Shown here: positions 39,667 through 49,831 of the stretch, one piece after another
Numbering within the stretch: the stretch's first letter is position 1
Layout: every line of letters starts with the position of its first letter
Source of the DNA: Alistipes sp.
Lineage (GTDB): Bacteria; Bacteroidota; Bacteroidia; Bacteroidales; Rikenellaceae
Direction of reading: 5' to 3'
NCBI GenBank assembly: GCA_045647535.1
Contig: JAZRMM010000021.1
Location: forward strand, 3,116-67,115
DNA length: 64,000 nucleotides
Position numbers and translations under genes: made by a program
The notes under the pieces: model-generated
Databases searched by the model: none
What the model was told of the DNA's origin: nothing
What the model saw: the letters and a program-made list of their open reading frames with translations, nothing else

Positions 39667-40286
39667 CGTTCGTTCGAGAAGGGACATAAGAGACATAAGG
39701 GACAGAAGAGAGGGCGAGTATCAGCAATATTGCCCCAGGGCGTCATTCTGAACGTTAGTGAAGAATCTCCTACGCGACTATACGCTGTCAATGTATTATC
39801 GCTTGTCGGCTTTGAGGAGATCCTTCGCTGCCGCTCAGGATGACAATGGGTATCAGCAATGTTGCTACACAAAGGTAGATGGCTACGGAATTGCATGGAT
39901 GGTCAGCGGTATCAGCAAGGTCGTCGGTTGCAATTCCTCGCCATGACGACCTGTTGATATCGCCTTCTCTTTTGTCTCTTTCGTCTCTTAGGGCTCCCGA
40001 ACGAACCGAACGGGGCGAACGAACCGAACGAACCGAACGGAGAAAAAACGGATAGGTTCTGATAGGTTCTAATGGGTTCTAATGGGGAAAGCGCTCCCCA
40101 CCAGACCCCACCAGAACTCACTAGAACCCAGTCCGACTGAACGCCCTCGGCTCTCCCCAGAGCGAAGTGGTCCTCCCCAGAGCGACCGGCGCTCTATAAA
40201 CCTCGCCATGACGCAGAATTGTCAACACTCGTCTTCCCTTTAGTCTCTTCGGTCCCTTTGGTCTCTTTAGTCCCTTTGGTCCCTTC
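39667..40286. repeat. Mosaic of nested palindromes and 9-10-mer tandem arrays
   Basis: (aagggacat)n, gtcattctgaacg...caggatgac (39742-39844), (cgaacgaac)n, (gataggttct)n, (ccaccagacc)n and (gtccctttg)n. Confidence 0.85.
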
Positions 40287-40502
40287 CATCAAATATGGAA
40301 AAAGATTTTTGTTAAAATACTTGACAACGGCTGTTAAATGTTGTATATTTGTAGCGGAATTCCTTCGTAAGAGTCGAGGACTATTAGTCGACCGAGTCCT
40401 CGTAGTTCTAACAACAAATATATACCTATATATACTATATATTAATATATTATTGATATATAGGCCCCTGGTATATATTTATAATCCAATATTATAAATA
40501 TT

Positions 40503-41837
40503 ATGTATACAAGTAATTTAGATTTAGTCATCAATAGTAAGTTGATGGGTAAATCGTTGAACTCCGCTACTACTACATCCAACGACGATGCTATCGCCCG
40601 TGAGGTGCGCAAGTTCGAATACGACCTCGCCGAGGAGCGTGTCAAGCCCTATGTCGTGGATATGTCCAAGAGTCTCCCCGACATCGTGCCACTGATAAGT
40701 ATCAATGGTAGCTGTGTATGCTCGCGTGGCAACATATCGGCCATCTGTGGTGAGGCCAAGAGTAAGAAGACCTTTCTTACCTCTGCCCTTGTGGCCTCAG
40801 CTATGGCCGTGCCCAGTGCTCGTATTGATAACTTCAAGAGCGTTGATAAAAACCCCTCTATCAACGTCTTGTGGGTAGATACCGAGCAGGGTGAGCACCA
40901 TGTGCGTCGTGTCATAGAGCGTATCACCGCAATGACAGGAGCGCAGTTAGGAGGTGCTATTGCTGAGCCACGCCTTACAACCTTGGCTCTCAGGGAGCTG
41001 GCACCCCACGAGCGTAAGGCTATGATGTACGATGCCATGCGCCTTATGCCCTACGATATAGTCGTTATTGACGGTATTGCTGACCTTCAGCGCAACACCA
41101 ACGACCTTGAGGAGAGCGATGCTCTTGTCGCCGAGCTTATGGCGCTATCCACCATCAGCAACACTCATATAATCTGTGTGTTGCATACCAATCCTGGCTC
41201 CGACAAGGCACGTGGTCACCTTGGCTCATCGCTGCAGCGTAAGGCCGAGAGTGTACTCTTTGTGCACCGTGCTGGCGACTGCTCTATTGTCGAGCCTCAG
41301 TTCTGCCGTAACGAGCCCTTCGAGCGCTTCGCCTTCAATATCTCAGAGGAGGGTATACCTCAGCTGTGTGATATGCCATCGGCCATTGAGAATCGTAATG
41401 AGATTGTGGCCATAGTCGATGATGTCTATGGCGGTACTATCGAACGTAGTACGCTTGTTACCAGACTTATGGAGACATTCAACTGCGCTAAGGCTGCAGC
41501 TCATATGCGCATCAAGCGCCTTGTTGATAAGGGTCTCCTACGCTTGGATGGCGATAGGGTGGTGAGCACCTCGGTAGCCCCCAACACTGGGGTGTCGCAA
41601 CAGCCATTAACGCCATTAACGCATTCACGCATTAACGGGGGCGTGAACGATGTTAATAGCGTTAATGATGTTAACGATGTTAATAGGGTGAACGGTGTTA
41701 ATGGTGTCAACGGCTACAAATTAAGTCCCTCGATGCAGAGGGCGATAGATATCTTCACCGCCTCGGGCATAAAGGTGGAGGTGGAGAGCGTCGAGCGCCT
41801 TACGCCCCAGCCCCACGACGATGATTGCCCCTTCTAA
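40503..41837 (+). CDS. AAA_25 / RepA-DnaB-like P-loop ATPase (mobile-element type) with a putative C-terminal wHTH and repeat-derived tail
   Basis: GEAKSKKT Walker A variant, VDTEQ, VIDGIAD and VLHTNPGSDKARGHLGS. The start could be 40545. Confidence 0.8.
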   Translation: MYTSNLDLVINSKLMGKSLNSATTTSNDDAIAREVRKFEYDLAEERVKPYVVDMSKSLPDIVPLISINGSCVCSRGNISAICGEAKSKKTFLTSALVASAMAVPSARIDNFKSVDKNPSINVLWVDTEQGEHHVRRVIERITAMTGAQLGGAIAEPRLTTLALRELAPHERKAMMYDAMRLMPYDIVVIDGIADLQRNTNDLEESDALVAELMALSTISNTHIICVLHTNPGSDKARGHLGSSLQRKAESVLFVHRAGDCSIVEPQFCRNEPFERFAFNISEEGIPQLCDMPSAIENRNEIVAIVDDVYGGTIERSTLVTRLMETFNCAKAAAHMRIKRLVDKGLLRLDGDRVVSTSVAPNTGVSQQPLTPLTHSRINGGVNDVNSVNDVNDVNRVNGVNGVNGYKLSPSMQRAIDIFTASGIKVEVESVERLTPQPHDDDCPF

Positions 41838-41851
41838 CCCGCCGTCAAACT

Positions 41852-43120
41852 CTAATCCTCGCAGCACTCGGGGACGAACTCCTGGAAATACCCCTTGTAT
41901 TCCGACCATCCCTCGAACTTATCATAGAGCTTGTCGCCACTCGCTGTCGAATACTCCTCCATGCTGCCTTCGGGGATATATATGATAAGGTCTCGCTTCT
42001 CGTAGTTTGAGGTAGGGCCAAAGCCACTCCATCTGTAGATATAGTGTATTGCTAGTACACTGTACAACCCTGGCGCATATTCATAATACTCTCTTCCGTT
42101 TATATCTCTTGAGCTCATCGTTAGGTTGCCAGTTTTAGTCAGCGGTGGTGTTGTTGCGTAGCATGTCACCCTCTTGAGGTTAAGGCAGGCGAGGGCACCG
42201 CATTCTATCACCTTGACGTTCTCATGTATTGTTATACTCTCTATATACTTGTTGCCAACCATCACGCCGCTATCCACAACGCGCACCTCTGAGGGTATGG
42301 TGTATGACGCTATGTTGCGCCCATTCGCAAAGGCGACAAGATGTTCATCCACGATGAGGGCGAGCTGGTCGTCGGTGGCATACTTACCTCTTATATGTGT
42401 GAGGGCGTCGCATCCTAAGAGGGGGTTGTAGCCTATGCTTGTGACGCTCTCGGGGATCTCTATCTCTTGTAGCGACTTGCAGTCGTAGAATGCGTTGGAG
42501 CCAATCGCGGTGACACCCTCGGGTATTGTTATATGCTTCAGGCTGGTGCTTTTGGCGAAGAGCTCATCGGCGATGATAGCAATTTTGCTTGGCAACTTCA
42601 CCTCTACGAGGCTCCTGCAGCCGATGAATGCCGCCTGACCAATCTCTGTCACGCTCTCGGGAATCTCCACCTTGACGAGTGCTCCGCAGTAGGTGAAGGC
42701 ACCATCCTTAATCTTGGTCACGCTATCGGGTATTGTGATGCTTGTCATGGCGTCGCACTCGGCAAAGGCTCCCACGGCAATAACCTTTATGGGGCGGTCG
42801 AGGGTGATGACACCTACGCCTGTCGAGGGGTTGAAGGTGTGGCTTATCACGTTGAAGTCGCAGTCGGGGTCGGCATACCTTCTATCCTCGGGGTTGTGAC
42901 CCTTGAGCTTGGGGCTTATCTTCTTGGTGGCGGTGTAGATAATCTTGCTCTCCGGTAGTGGGGTGCTCGCCTCAGCCTCGTTGCACGATGCAAGGCCCAT
43001 TATGAGACCGAAGATTAGCGATAGTAGGGCTATGGCCATGCCCCTGTTGTTAGCTGCTCTGCTCTGCTGCGCCGTCTCGCTGTTAAGCTCAATTCTAATC
43101 TCTGTGTTAGTCTGTTTCAT
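41852..43120 (-). CDS. BspA-type leucine-rich repeat lipoprotein
   Basis: IPxSVTxIxxxAFxxC repeats; lipobox GLASC. Confidence 0.88.
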   Translation of the reverse strand: MKQTNTEIRIELNSETAQQSRAANNRGMAIALLSLIFGLIMGLASCNEAEASTPLPESKIIYTATKKISPKLKGHNPEDRRYADPDCDFNVISHTFNPSTGVGVITLDRPIKVIAVGAFAECDAMTSITIPDSVTKIKDGAFTYCGALVKVEIPESVTEIGQAAFIGCRSLVEVKLPSKIAIIADELFAKSTSLKHITIPEGVTAIGSNAFYDCKSLQEIEIPESVTSIGYNPLLGCDALTHIRGKYATDDQLALIVDEHLVAFANGRNIASYTIPSEVRVVDSGVMVGNKYIESITIHENVKVIECGALACLNLKRVTCYATTPPLTKTGNLTMSSRDINGREYYEYAPGLYSVLAIHYIYRWSGFGPTSNYEKRDLIIYIPEGSMEEYSTASGDKLYDKFEGWSEYKGYFQEFVPECCED

Positions 43121-43201
43121 GGTGTATAGTTTCGTTGTTTAGTCCTGTTTTCTATGGCAAATATCTACTCAAAATTAGATGACATTTCCACTTTTGATCT
43201 C

Positions 43202-44497
43202 TTACATTGCAACCTCTACAAAGCATTGCTTGTAGTAGTACCACTCGCAAGAGTCATCCGCCTTGTAGTTGCTCCGCTTGCTAGAGCCATCCTCCTCGCC
43301 GGCACAGTAGCGCTCCACTGATCCCGCTGGGATATATATCTTGAGGCTATCCTTGTCGTTGGGGTTGTACTTGTAGGGTAGGCTGCCGAAGGCGTCCCAA
43401 TCATAGATATAGTTGATGGCTAAGCGTAGGCCGAGTCTATCGCTATCTTGGTAGTATTCCCCACCATCGGGCTCCAAGTAGTCGTGGTGGAAGTTGCCGC
43501 ACTCGGTGAGTGGAGGTGTTGCGATGTTGCAGTACACACTCTTTAGGTTGGGGCAGTTGAAGCTATGGTGGCCAATAAACTTGATGTTCTCCGTAAGTGT
43601 TATCGATGTTATTTTCATGTTGCCATCCATAAGACCTCGCTCGATGCTGTGAACCTCTAAAGGTATGGTATAGGAACTTAGGTTGCGGCCATTGGCGAAT
43701 GCAACAAGGTGGTTGTCGACGATGAGTGCACAGCGGTCGTCGGTGGCGAACTTTCCGGTGAATGACTCGATAGATAGGCAGCGGTAGAATGCGCAGTAGC
43801 CAATCTTTGTAACGCTCTCAGGGATATGCATATATTTTAGTGACTCGCAACCCCAAAATGCCTTGCCTTCAATCTCTGTGACACCCTCGGGAATTGTCAC
43901 TCGCTCGAGAGCTCGGCTATAGTAGAATAGCTCGTATGGGATGGTCTTCATATTGTTTGGTAGTCGCACCTCCTTGAGGTTTTCGCAGCGCATAAAGGCG
44001 CCCTTGCCAATAGATGTTACGGTGTCGGGAATGTGAAGATATGTAAGCCCATGACATAGAGCAAAGGCACCCGCCTTAATTGTTGTTACGCTGCTGGGTA
44101 TTGTTATGCTTGTCATAGTCTCGCAAGTGGCAAAAGCACCTGTAGCAATAACCTTGATTGGGCGGTCGATGGTGATAACACCCTTGCCACTCTTGACGTC
44201 GAACTCGTGACTTATAACCTTGAAGTCGCAGTCGGGGTCTGCGTAGTTCTTGTCGTATGGATCGTGACCTTTGAGTTTTGGGGTAATGCTCTGTGTGGCA
44301 GTGTACTCTATGGTGTACGTCTTGCCCTCGGTGGTGGGGCTCTCTGCCTGCGATGCGTAGCATGATACGATGCCTAATGTTAGGCCGAAGATTAGCGATA
44401 GTAGGGCTATGGCCATGCCCCTGTTGTTAGCTGCTCTGCTCTGCTGCGCCGTCTCGCTGTTTAGCTCAATTCTAATCTCTGTGTTAGTCTGTTTCAT
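43202..44497 (-). CDS. BspA-type leucine-rich repeat lipoprotein (paralogue)
   Basis: Same LRR pattern; lipobox GIVSC; TATCTTTG element at 44536-44543. Confidence 0.88.
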   Translation of the reverse strand: MKQTNTEIRIELNSETAQQSRAANNRGMAIALLSLIFGLTLGIVSCYASQAESPTTEGKTYTIEYTATQSITPKLKGHDPYDKNYADPDCDFKVISHEFDVKSGKGVITIDRPIKVIATGAFATCETMTSITIPSSVTTIKAGAFALCHGLTYLHIPDTVTSIGKGAFMRCENLKEVRLPNNMKTIPYELFYYSRALERVTIPEGVTEIEGKAFWGCESLKYMHIPESVTKIGYCAFYRCLSIESFTGKFATDDRCALIVDNHLVAFANGRNLSSYTIPLEVHSIERGLMDGNMKITSITLTENIKFIGHHSFNCPNLKSVYCNIATPPLTECGNFHHDYLEPDGGEYYQDSDRLGLRLAINYIYDWDAFGSLPYKYNPNDKDSLKIYIPAGSVERYCAGEEDGSSKRSNYKADDSCEWYYYKQCFVEVAM

Positions 44498-44768
44498 GGT
44501 GTTATAGTTTTAATTGTTTGTCTTGTTTTCTGTTACAAAGATAGACCCTCTTCGCCCCCTTTCCAAGGTTTTTTGCCCCCATTGTACCAACCCATAGGGT
44601 TTGTGTACGAAATGGCTCTGTGGCGTGAAATCCTCAATTTCGGCTCTTTGTGCGCATCGGTATATGCGTGGGTTATAGAGTTATAACTATTAATGATGGT
44701 TAAATGGTCGGCGCTTGGTTGCTATTATGAATATTTTTTGCTATATTTGCGCATTATTTTATAAACAG

Positions 44769-46214
44769 ATGGAAAAGGATAGACAAAATATACTTCAAGA
44801 GCTCGAGACGAGCGACTACAAATATGGCTTCGTCTCGGATATCGAGACCGAGACCATTGGTCGTGGTCTGTCGGAGGATGTCGTAAGACTCATCTCCGCA
44901 AAGAAGGGCGAGCCTGAGTGGATGCTTGAGCGCCGCCTCAAGGCTTATCGCCACTGGCTAACATTGAAACACCCCGACTGGGCGCACCTCGACATCCCGG
45001 AGATAGACTTCCAGGATGTGATCTACTACGCCGCACCAAAACCCAAGAAGCAACTCAACTCCATGGATGAGGTAGACCCCGAGTTGAAGCGCACCTTCGA
45101 CAAGTTGGGTATACCCCTCGAGGAGCAGATGGCTCTGGCAGGCGTTGCCGTCGATGCTGTGCTCGACTCTGTGTCGGTGAAGACCACCTTCCGCGATACC
45201 CTCGCCGAGAAGGGCATCATCTTCTGCTCTATATCGGAGGCCATTAAGGAGCACCCCGAGCTCGTTAAGAAGTACCTCGGCTCGGTGGTCCCCTATACCG
45301 ATAACTTCTACGCGGCACTCAACGCTGCGGTATTCTCGGATGGCTCCTTCTGCTACATCCCCAAGGGTGTGCGCTGTCCTATGGAGCTATCTACCTACTT
45401 CCGTATAAATGCCGAGGGTACAGGTCAGTTTGAGCGTACGCTTATCGTTGCTGACGAGGGGTCGTATGTAAGCTACCTCGAGGGTTGCACCGCTCCTCGC
45501 CGTGACGAGAATCAGCTCCATGCCGCCGTTGTGGAGATTGTCGTGGAGAGGGATGCCGACGTGAAGTACTCTACGGTGCAGAACTGGTATCCTGGCGACA
45601 AGGAGGGTAAGGGTGGTATCTACAACTTCGTGACCAAGCGTGGCTTGTGCAAGGAGGGTGCCCACCTCTCGTGGACCCAGGTGGAGACAGGCTCGGCAAT
45701 CACATGGAAGTACCCCAGCTGTGTGCTCCTTGGCGATAACTCGTCGGGCGAGTTCTACTCTGTGGCCATGACCAACAACTATCAGCAGGCCGATACAGGT
45801 ACCAAGATGATACACATAGGTCGCAACACCCGCTCACGCATCGTGTCGAAGGGTATCTCGGCAGGTAGGTCGCAGAATGCCTACCGTGGCTTGGTGCAGG
45901 TGGCTAAGGGTGCAGATAATGCCCGTAACTACTCGCAGTGCGACTCTCTGCTCATAGGCGATAAGTGTGGTGCTCACACCTTCCCTGTGGTGAAGTGCGC
46001 CAACACCTCGGCAGTCTTGGAGCATGAGGCTACCACCTCGAAGATTTCGGAAGAGCAGCTCTTCTACTGCCAGCAACGAGGTCTCTCGGCTGAGGATGCC
46101 GTAGGTCTCATCGTCAATGGCTATGCCCGTGAGGTGCTGTCGAAGCTACCTATGGAGTTTGCCGTAGAGGCTCAGAAGCTACTCTCTATAAGTCTCGAGG
46201 GATCAGTGGGGTAG
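44769..46214 (+). CDS. sufB: Fe-S cluster assembly protein SufB
   Basis: [20 protein letters not shown] and YNFVTKRG motifs; start MEKDRQ at 44769. Confidence 0.96.
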   Translation: MEKDRQNILQELETSDYKYGFVSDIETETIGRGLSEDVVRLISAKKGEPEWMLERRLKAYRHWLTLKHPDWAHLDIPEIDFQDVIYYAAPKPKKQLNSMDEVDPELKRTFDKLGIPLEEQMALAGVAVDAVLDSVSVKTTFRDTLAEKGIIFCSISEAIKEHPELVKKYLGSVVPYTDNFYAALNAAVFSDGSFCYIPKGVRCPMELSTYFRINAEGTGQFERTLIVADEGSYVSYLEGCTAPRRDENQLHAAVVEIVVERDADVKYSTVQNWYPGDKEGKGGIYNFVTKRGLCKEGAHLSWTQVETGSAITWKYPSCVLLGDNSSGEFYSVAMTNNYQQADTGTKMIHIGRNTRSRIVSKGISAGRSQNAYRGLVQVAKGADNARNYSQCDSLLIGDKCGAHTFPVVKCANTSAVLEHEATTSKISEEQLFYCQQRGLSAEDAVGLIVNGYAREVLSKLPMEFAVEAQKLLSISLEGSVG

Positions 46215-46217
46215 ACG

Positions 46218-46266
46218 GTAATTAGTAATTAGTAATTAGTAATTAGTAATGAGTAATGAGTAATGG
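46218..46266 (+). repeat. Heptamer tandem repeat (GTAATTA)4(GTAATGA)2GTAATGG
   Basis: Read directly between sufB and sufC. Confidence 0.92.
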
Positions 46267-46348
46267 GGGTGGGTGTTGAATGCCTCAACTTCCCTAAACT
46301 TACTAACATCCCTAATTAACAAGTATAATAAAATAAAGAACTACATAT

Positions 46349-47104
<756 letters not shown>

Positions 47105-47106
47105 CA

Positions 47107-47913
47107 ATGGGTATTGATAGAGTTATTGAGAGTCTCGGCGCTCAGCCTCTGAAGGAGCTCACCCTCACCGAGGGTTGTTGGCTTGTTCAGGGCAGGGAGT
47201 ATGCCGATGTGGTGGTGCCGAGTGGTGTCACCACTAGCCTTCTTGTCGTCGATAAGGGTCTATGCCGCCTGATTGCGGATGTAGATGTTGAGTCGAATGC
47301 CACCATAAACATCATCCATGTTGTCACCGAGAGCTGCGATGAGGAGATGGAGATTGTCGTGGCAAATGGCGCTACGGTCAACATGACACAGCTTGTGCTT
47401 GCCCCCGCTAAGGTTACAACCGTTGCTCATCTCCAGGGTGAGAATGCCCGCTTCGAGATGCGTGGTAGCTTTGTCGCTTGCGACGATGATAGATGTAATG
47501 TTAGTGTGAATATCTTTCACGATGTTGGCGACTGCGTGTCGCGCACCACATATAAGGGTGTTGCCTCAGGCAAGGCGCAGGGCTCATTCTCAAGCCTTGT
47601 ATATATCGCCCAGGATGCACAGCATAGCGATGCCGAGCAGCTCAGCCGTAACGTCACCATTGGTGATGCGGTGATTAACACCTCGCCACAGATGGAGATA
47701 TATGCCGACGACGTAAAGTGTAGCCATGGCGCTACCGTAGGTCAGATGGATGCCGAGGCTATCATGTATATGCGTCAGCGTGGCCTCTCCATGGCCGATG
47801 CCAAGCGTCTGCAGATCGAGGGCTTTGTTGCCGACACGGTCATGCACTCGGCAATAGAGGGCTCTGGTGAGTCGCTCATGGAGCTTCTCTTTGAAAAACT
47901 AAATAGATTGTAG
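47107..47913 (+). CDS. sufD: Fe-S cluster assembly protein SufD (short form)
   Basis: PQMEIYADDVKCSHGATVG and YMRQRG motifs; operon position. Confidence 0.88.
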   Translation: MGIDRVIESLGAQPLKELTLTEGCWLVQGREYADVVVPSGVTTSLLVVDKGLCRLIADVDVESNATINIIHVVTESCDEEMEIVVANGATVNMTQLVLAPAKVTTVAHLQGENARFEMRGSFVACDDDRCNVSVNIFHDVGDCVSRTTYKGVASGKAQGSFSSLVYIAQDAQHSDAEQLSRNVTIGDAVINTSPQMEIYADDVKCSHGATVGQMDAEAIMYMRQRGLSMADAKRLQIEGFVADTVMHSAIEGSGESLMELLFEKLNRL

Positions 47914-47914
47914 T

Positions 47915-49135
47915 ATGGGCTACAACGTAGCAGATATTCGTAACGACTTCCCTATCCTTGGCGAGAGGGTCAATAATCGCCCCTTGGTCTACTTCGATAG
48001 TGGAGCTACGGCACAGAAGCCCCTTGCGGTAATCAACCGCATGGACGACCTTATGCGCCACTACAATGCCAATATACACCGTGGTGTACACCACCTCTCT
48101 GGCGTGATGACCGATATGTATGAGCAGGCACGTGAGCGTATTCGTCGCTTCATTGGCGCAGAGCACCGCGAGGAGATAGTCTTCACCGCAGGTGCTACGG
48201 CATCCCTTAACCTCGTGGCTCAGGCGTGGAGTGCTAAGTATCTCCGTGAGGGTGATAACATCCTCGTTAGCGAGATGGAGCACCACTCCAACATAGTACC
48301 CTGGCAGCTCGCCGCCGAGCGTCATGGTGCCGAGATTAGGGTCTTGCCCTTCGACGATAAGGGTGAGCCTCGTGTTGACATGCTCGCAGAACTTATTGAT
48401 GAGCGCACCCGCCTTGTTGCCGTCACTGAGGCCTCGAATACCTTGGGTACTGTACCTCAGCTGGATGTCATTATAGAGGCTGCCCATGCAGTGGGTGCTG
48501 TCGTTATGGTCGATGGCTGTCAGGGCATTGTGCATGGTGGTGGTAGGGTAGCGGAGCGTGGCTACGACTTCTACGCCTTCTCGGGTCATAAGCTCTATGG
48601 TCCTACGGGTATCGGCGTTCTCTATGGCCGTCGTGAGCTGCTCGAGAGCATGCCCCCATATATGGGTGGTGGCGATATGGTCGATAAGGTGACCTTCGCC
48701 AAGACAACATATGCCCCTCTGCCCCTGAAGTACGAGGCTGGCACCTCCAACTTCATAGGTGCTGTGGCTCTTGCCGAGGCTATCGACTATGTCGAGCGTG
48801 TGGGCATGGCCAATATCGAGGCACACGAGCAGATGTTGCTATGTGCTATGACCGAGCGTCTTGAGGCTATCGAGGGTCTTACAATATATGGCAAGGCACG
48901 CCATAAGTGCCCCTTGGTGTCGTTCACCGTGGAGGGTACCCACCCCTACGACGTGGGTATGATTCTCGATAAGCTGGGTGTTGCCATCCGCACAGGCCAC
49001 CACTGCGCCGAGCCTGTGATGACACACTTTGGCGTTACGGGTATGTGTCGTGCATCCATAGGCATGTACAACACCCTCGACGAGGTCGAGATGCTGGCAT
49101 CGGGAGTGGAGCGTGCAGTAAGGATGTTGAAATAA
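47915..49135 (+). CDS. sufS: Cysteine desulfurase SufS
   Basis: YFDSGATAQKP, FSGHKLYGPTG and RTGHHCA motifs. Confidence 0.95.
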   Translation: MGYNVADIRNDFPILGERVNNRPLVYFDSGATAQKPLAVINRMDDLMRHYNANIHRGVHHLSGVMTDMYEQARERIRRFIGAEHREEIVFTAGATASLNLVAQAWSAKYLREGDNILVSEMEHHSNIVPWQLAAERHGAEIRVLPFDDKGEPRVDMLAELIDERTRLVAVTEASNTLGTVPQLDVIIEAAHAVGAVVMVDGCQGIVHGGGRVAERGYDFYAFSGHKLYGPTGIGVLYGRRELLESMPPYMGGGDMVDKVTFAKTTYAPLPLKYEAGTSNFIGAVALAEAIDYVERVGMANIEAHEQMLLCAMTERLEAIEGLTIYGKARHKCPLVSFTVEGTHPYDVGMILDKLGVAIRTGHHCAEPVMTHFGVTGMCRASIGMYNTLDEVEMLASGVERAVRMLK

Positions 49136-49144
49136 TTTAGGAGT

Positions 49145-49831
49145 ATGTTTATAGTATTAGAGGGTCTTGATGGTGCCGGTAAGTCGACACAGATAGCCAA
49201 GCTTCGTGATATGTTCTTAAGCCGTGGTGTGGAGTCGGAGTATGTACACTTCCCACGCTTCGATGCCCCTGTCTACGGCGATCTCATCGCTCGCTTCCTG
49301 CGTGGCGACCTCGGCTCGTTAGAGCAGGTTAACCCCTACCTCGTGGCACTGCTATATGCTGGTGATAGGGCTGCTTTTGCGGCAACCATACGTCGCTGGA
49401 TGGCAGAGGGTAAGGTGGTCATCGCCGATAGATATGTCTACTCGAACATAGGCTACCAGTGTGCTAAGATTGAGGATGATGCCAAGCGTGGAGAGCTGCG
49501 AGAGTGGATACTTAATACCGAGTATCAGGAGTTCGCAATCCCTCGCCCCGATATCTCGCTATTCCTCGATGTCCCCTTTGCCTTCACGGAGCGTAAGCTC
49601 ACTATGCAGCGCACGGGTGACGACCGTAGCTATCTTCAGGGTGGTCAGGATATCCACGAGGCATCGTTGGACCTTCAGCGTCGTGTGCGCAACGTATACC
49701 TCGAGTCGGCAGATGTTGATGACAACCTCGTCGTTGTGGACTGCTCTACCGAGGAGGGCGCTATGGCCTCGCCTGAGGCTATCTTCGAGCGCATAATGTC
49801 GCATATATCACCCCTTGTTGCGACGTTGTAG
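49145..49831 (+). CDS. tmk: Thymidylate kinase
   Basis: EGLDGAGKST and ADRYVYSN motifs. Confidence 0.92.
   Translation: MFIVLEGLDGAGKSTQIAKLRDMFLSRGVESEYVHFPRFDAPVYGDLIARFLRGDLGSLEQVNPYLVALLYAGDRAAFAATIRRWMAEGKVVIADRYVYSNIGYQCAKIEDDAKRGELREWILNTEYQEFAIPRPDISLFLDVPFAFTERKLTMQRTGDDRSYLQGGQDIHEASLDLQRRVRNVYLESADVDDNLVVVDCSTEEGAMASPEAIFERIMSHISPLVATL

Noticed and set aside
41852-44497. Diversity-generating retroelement acting on the LRR genes
   Set aside because: No reverse transcriptase and no template/variable repeat pair with adenine-specific mismatches; the shared sequence is at the 5' end.
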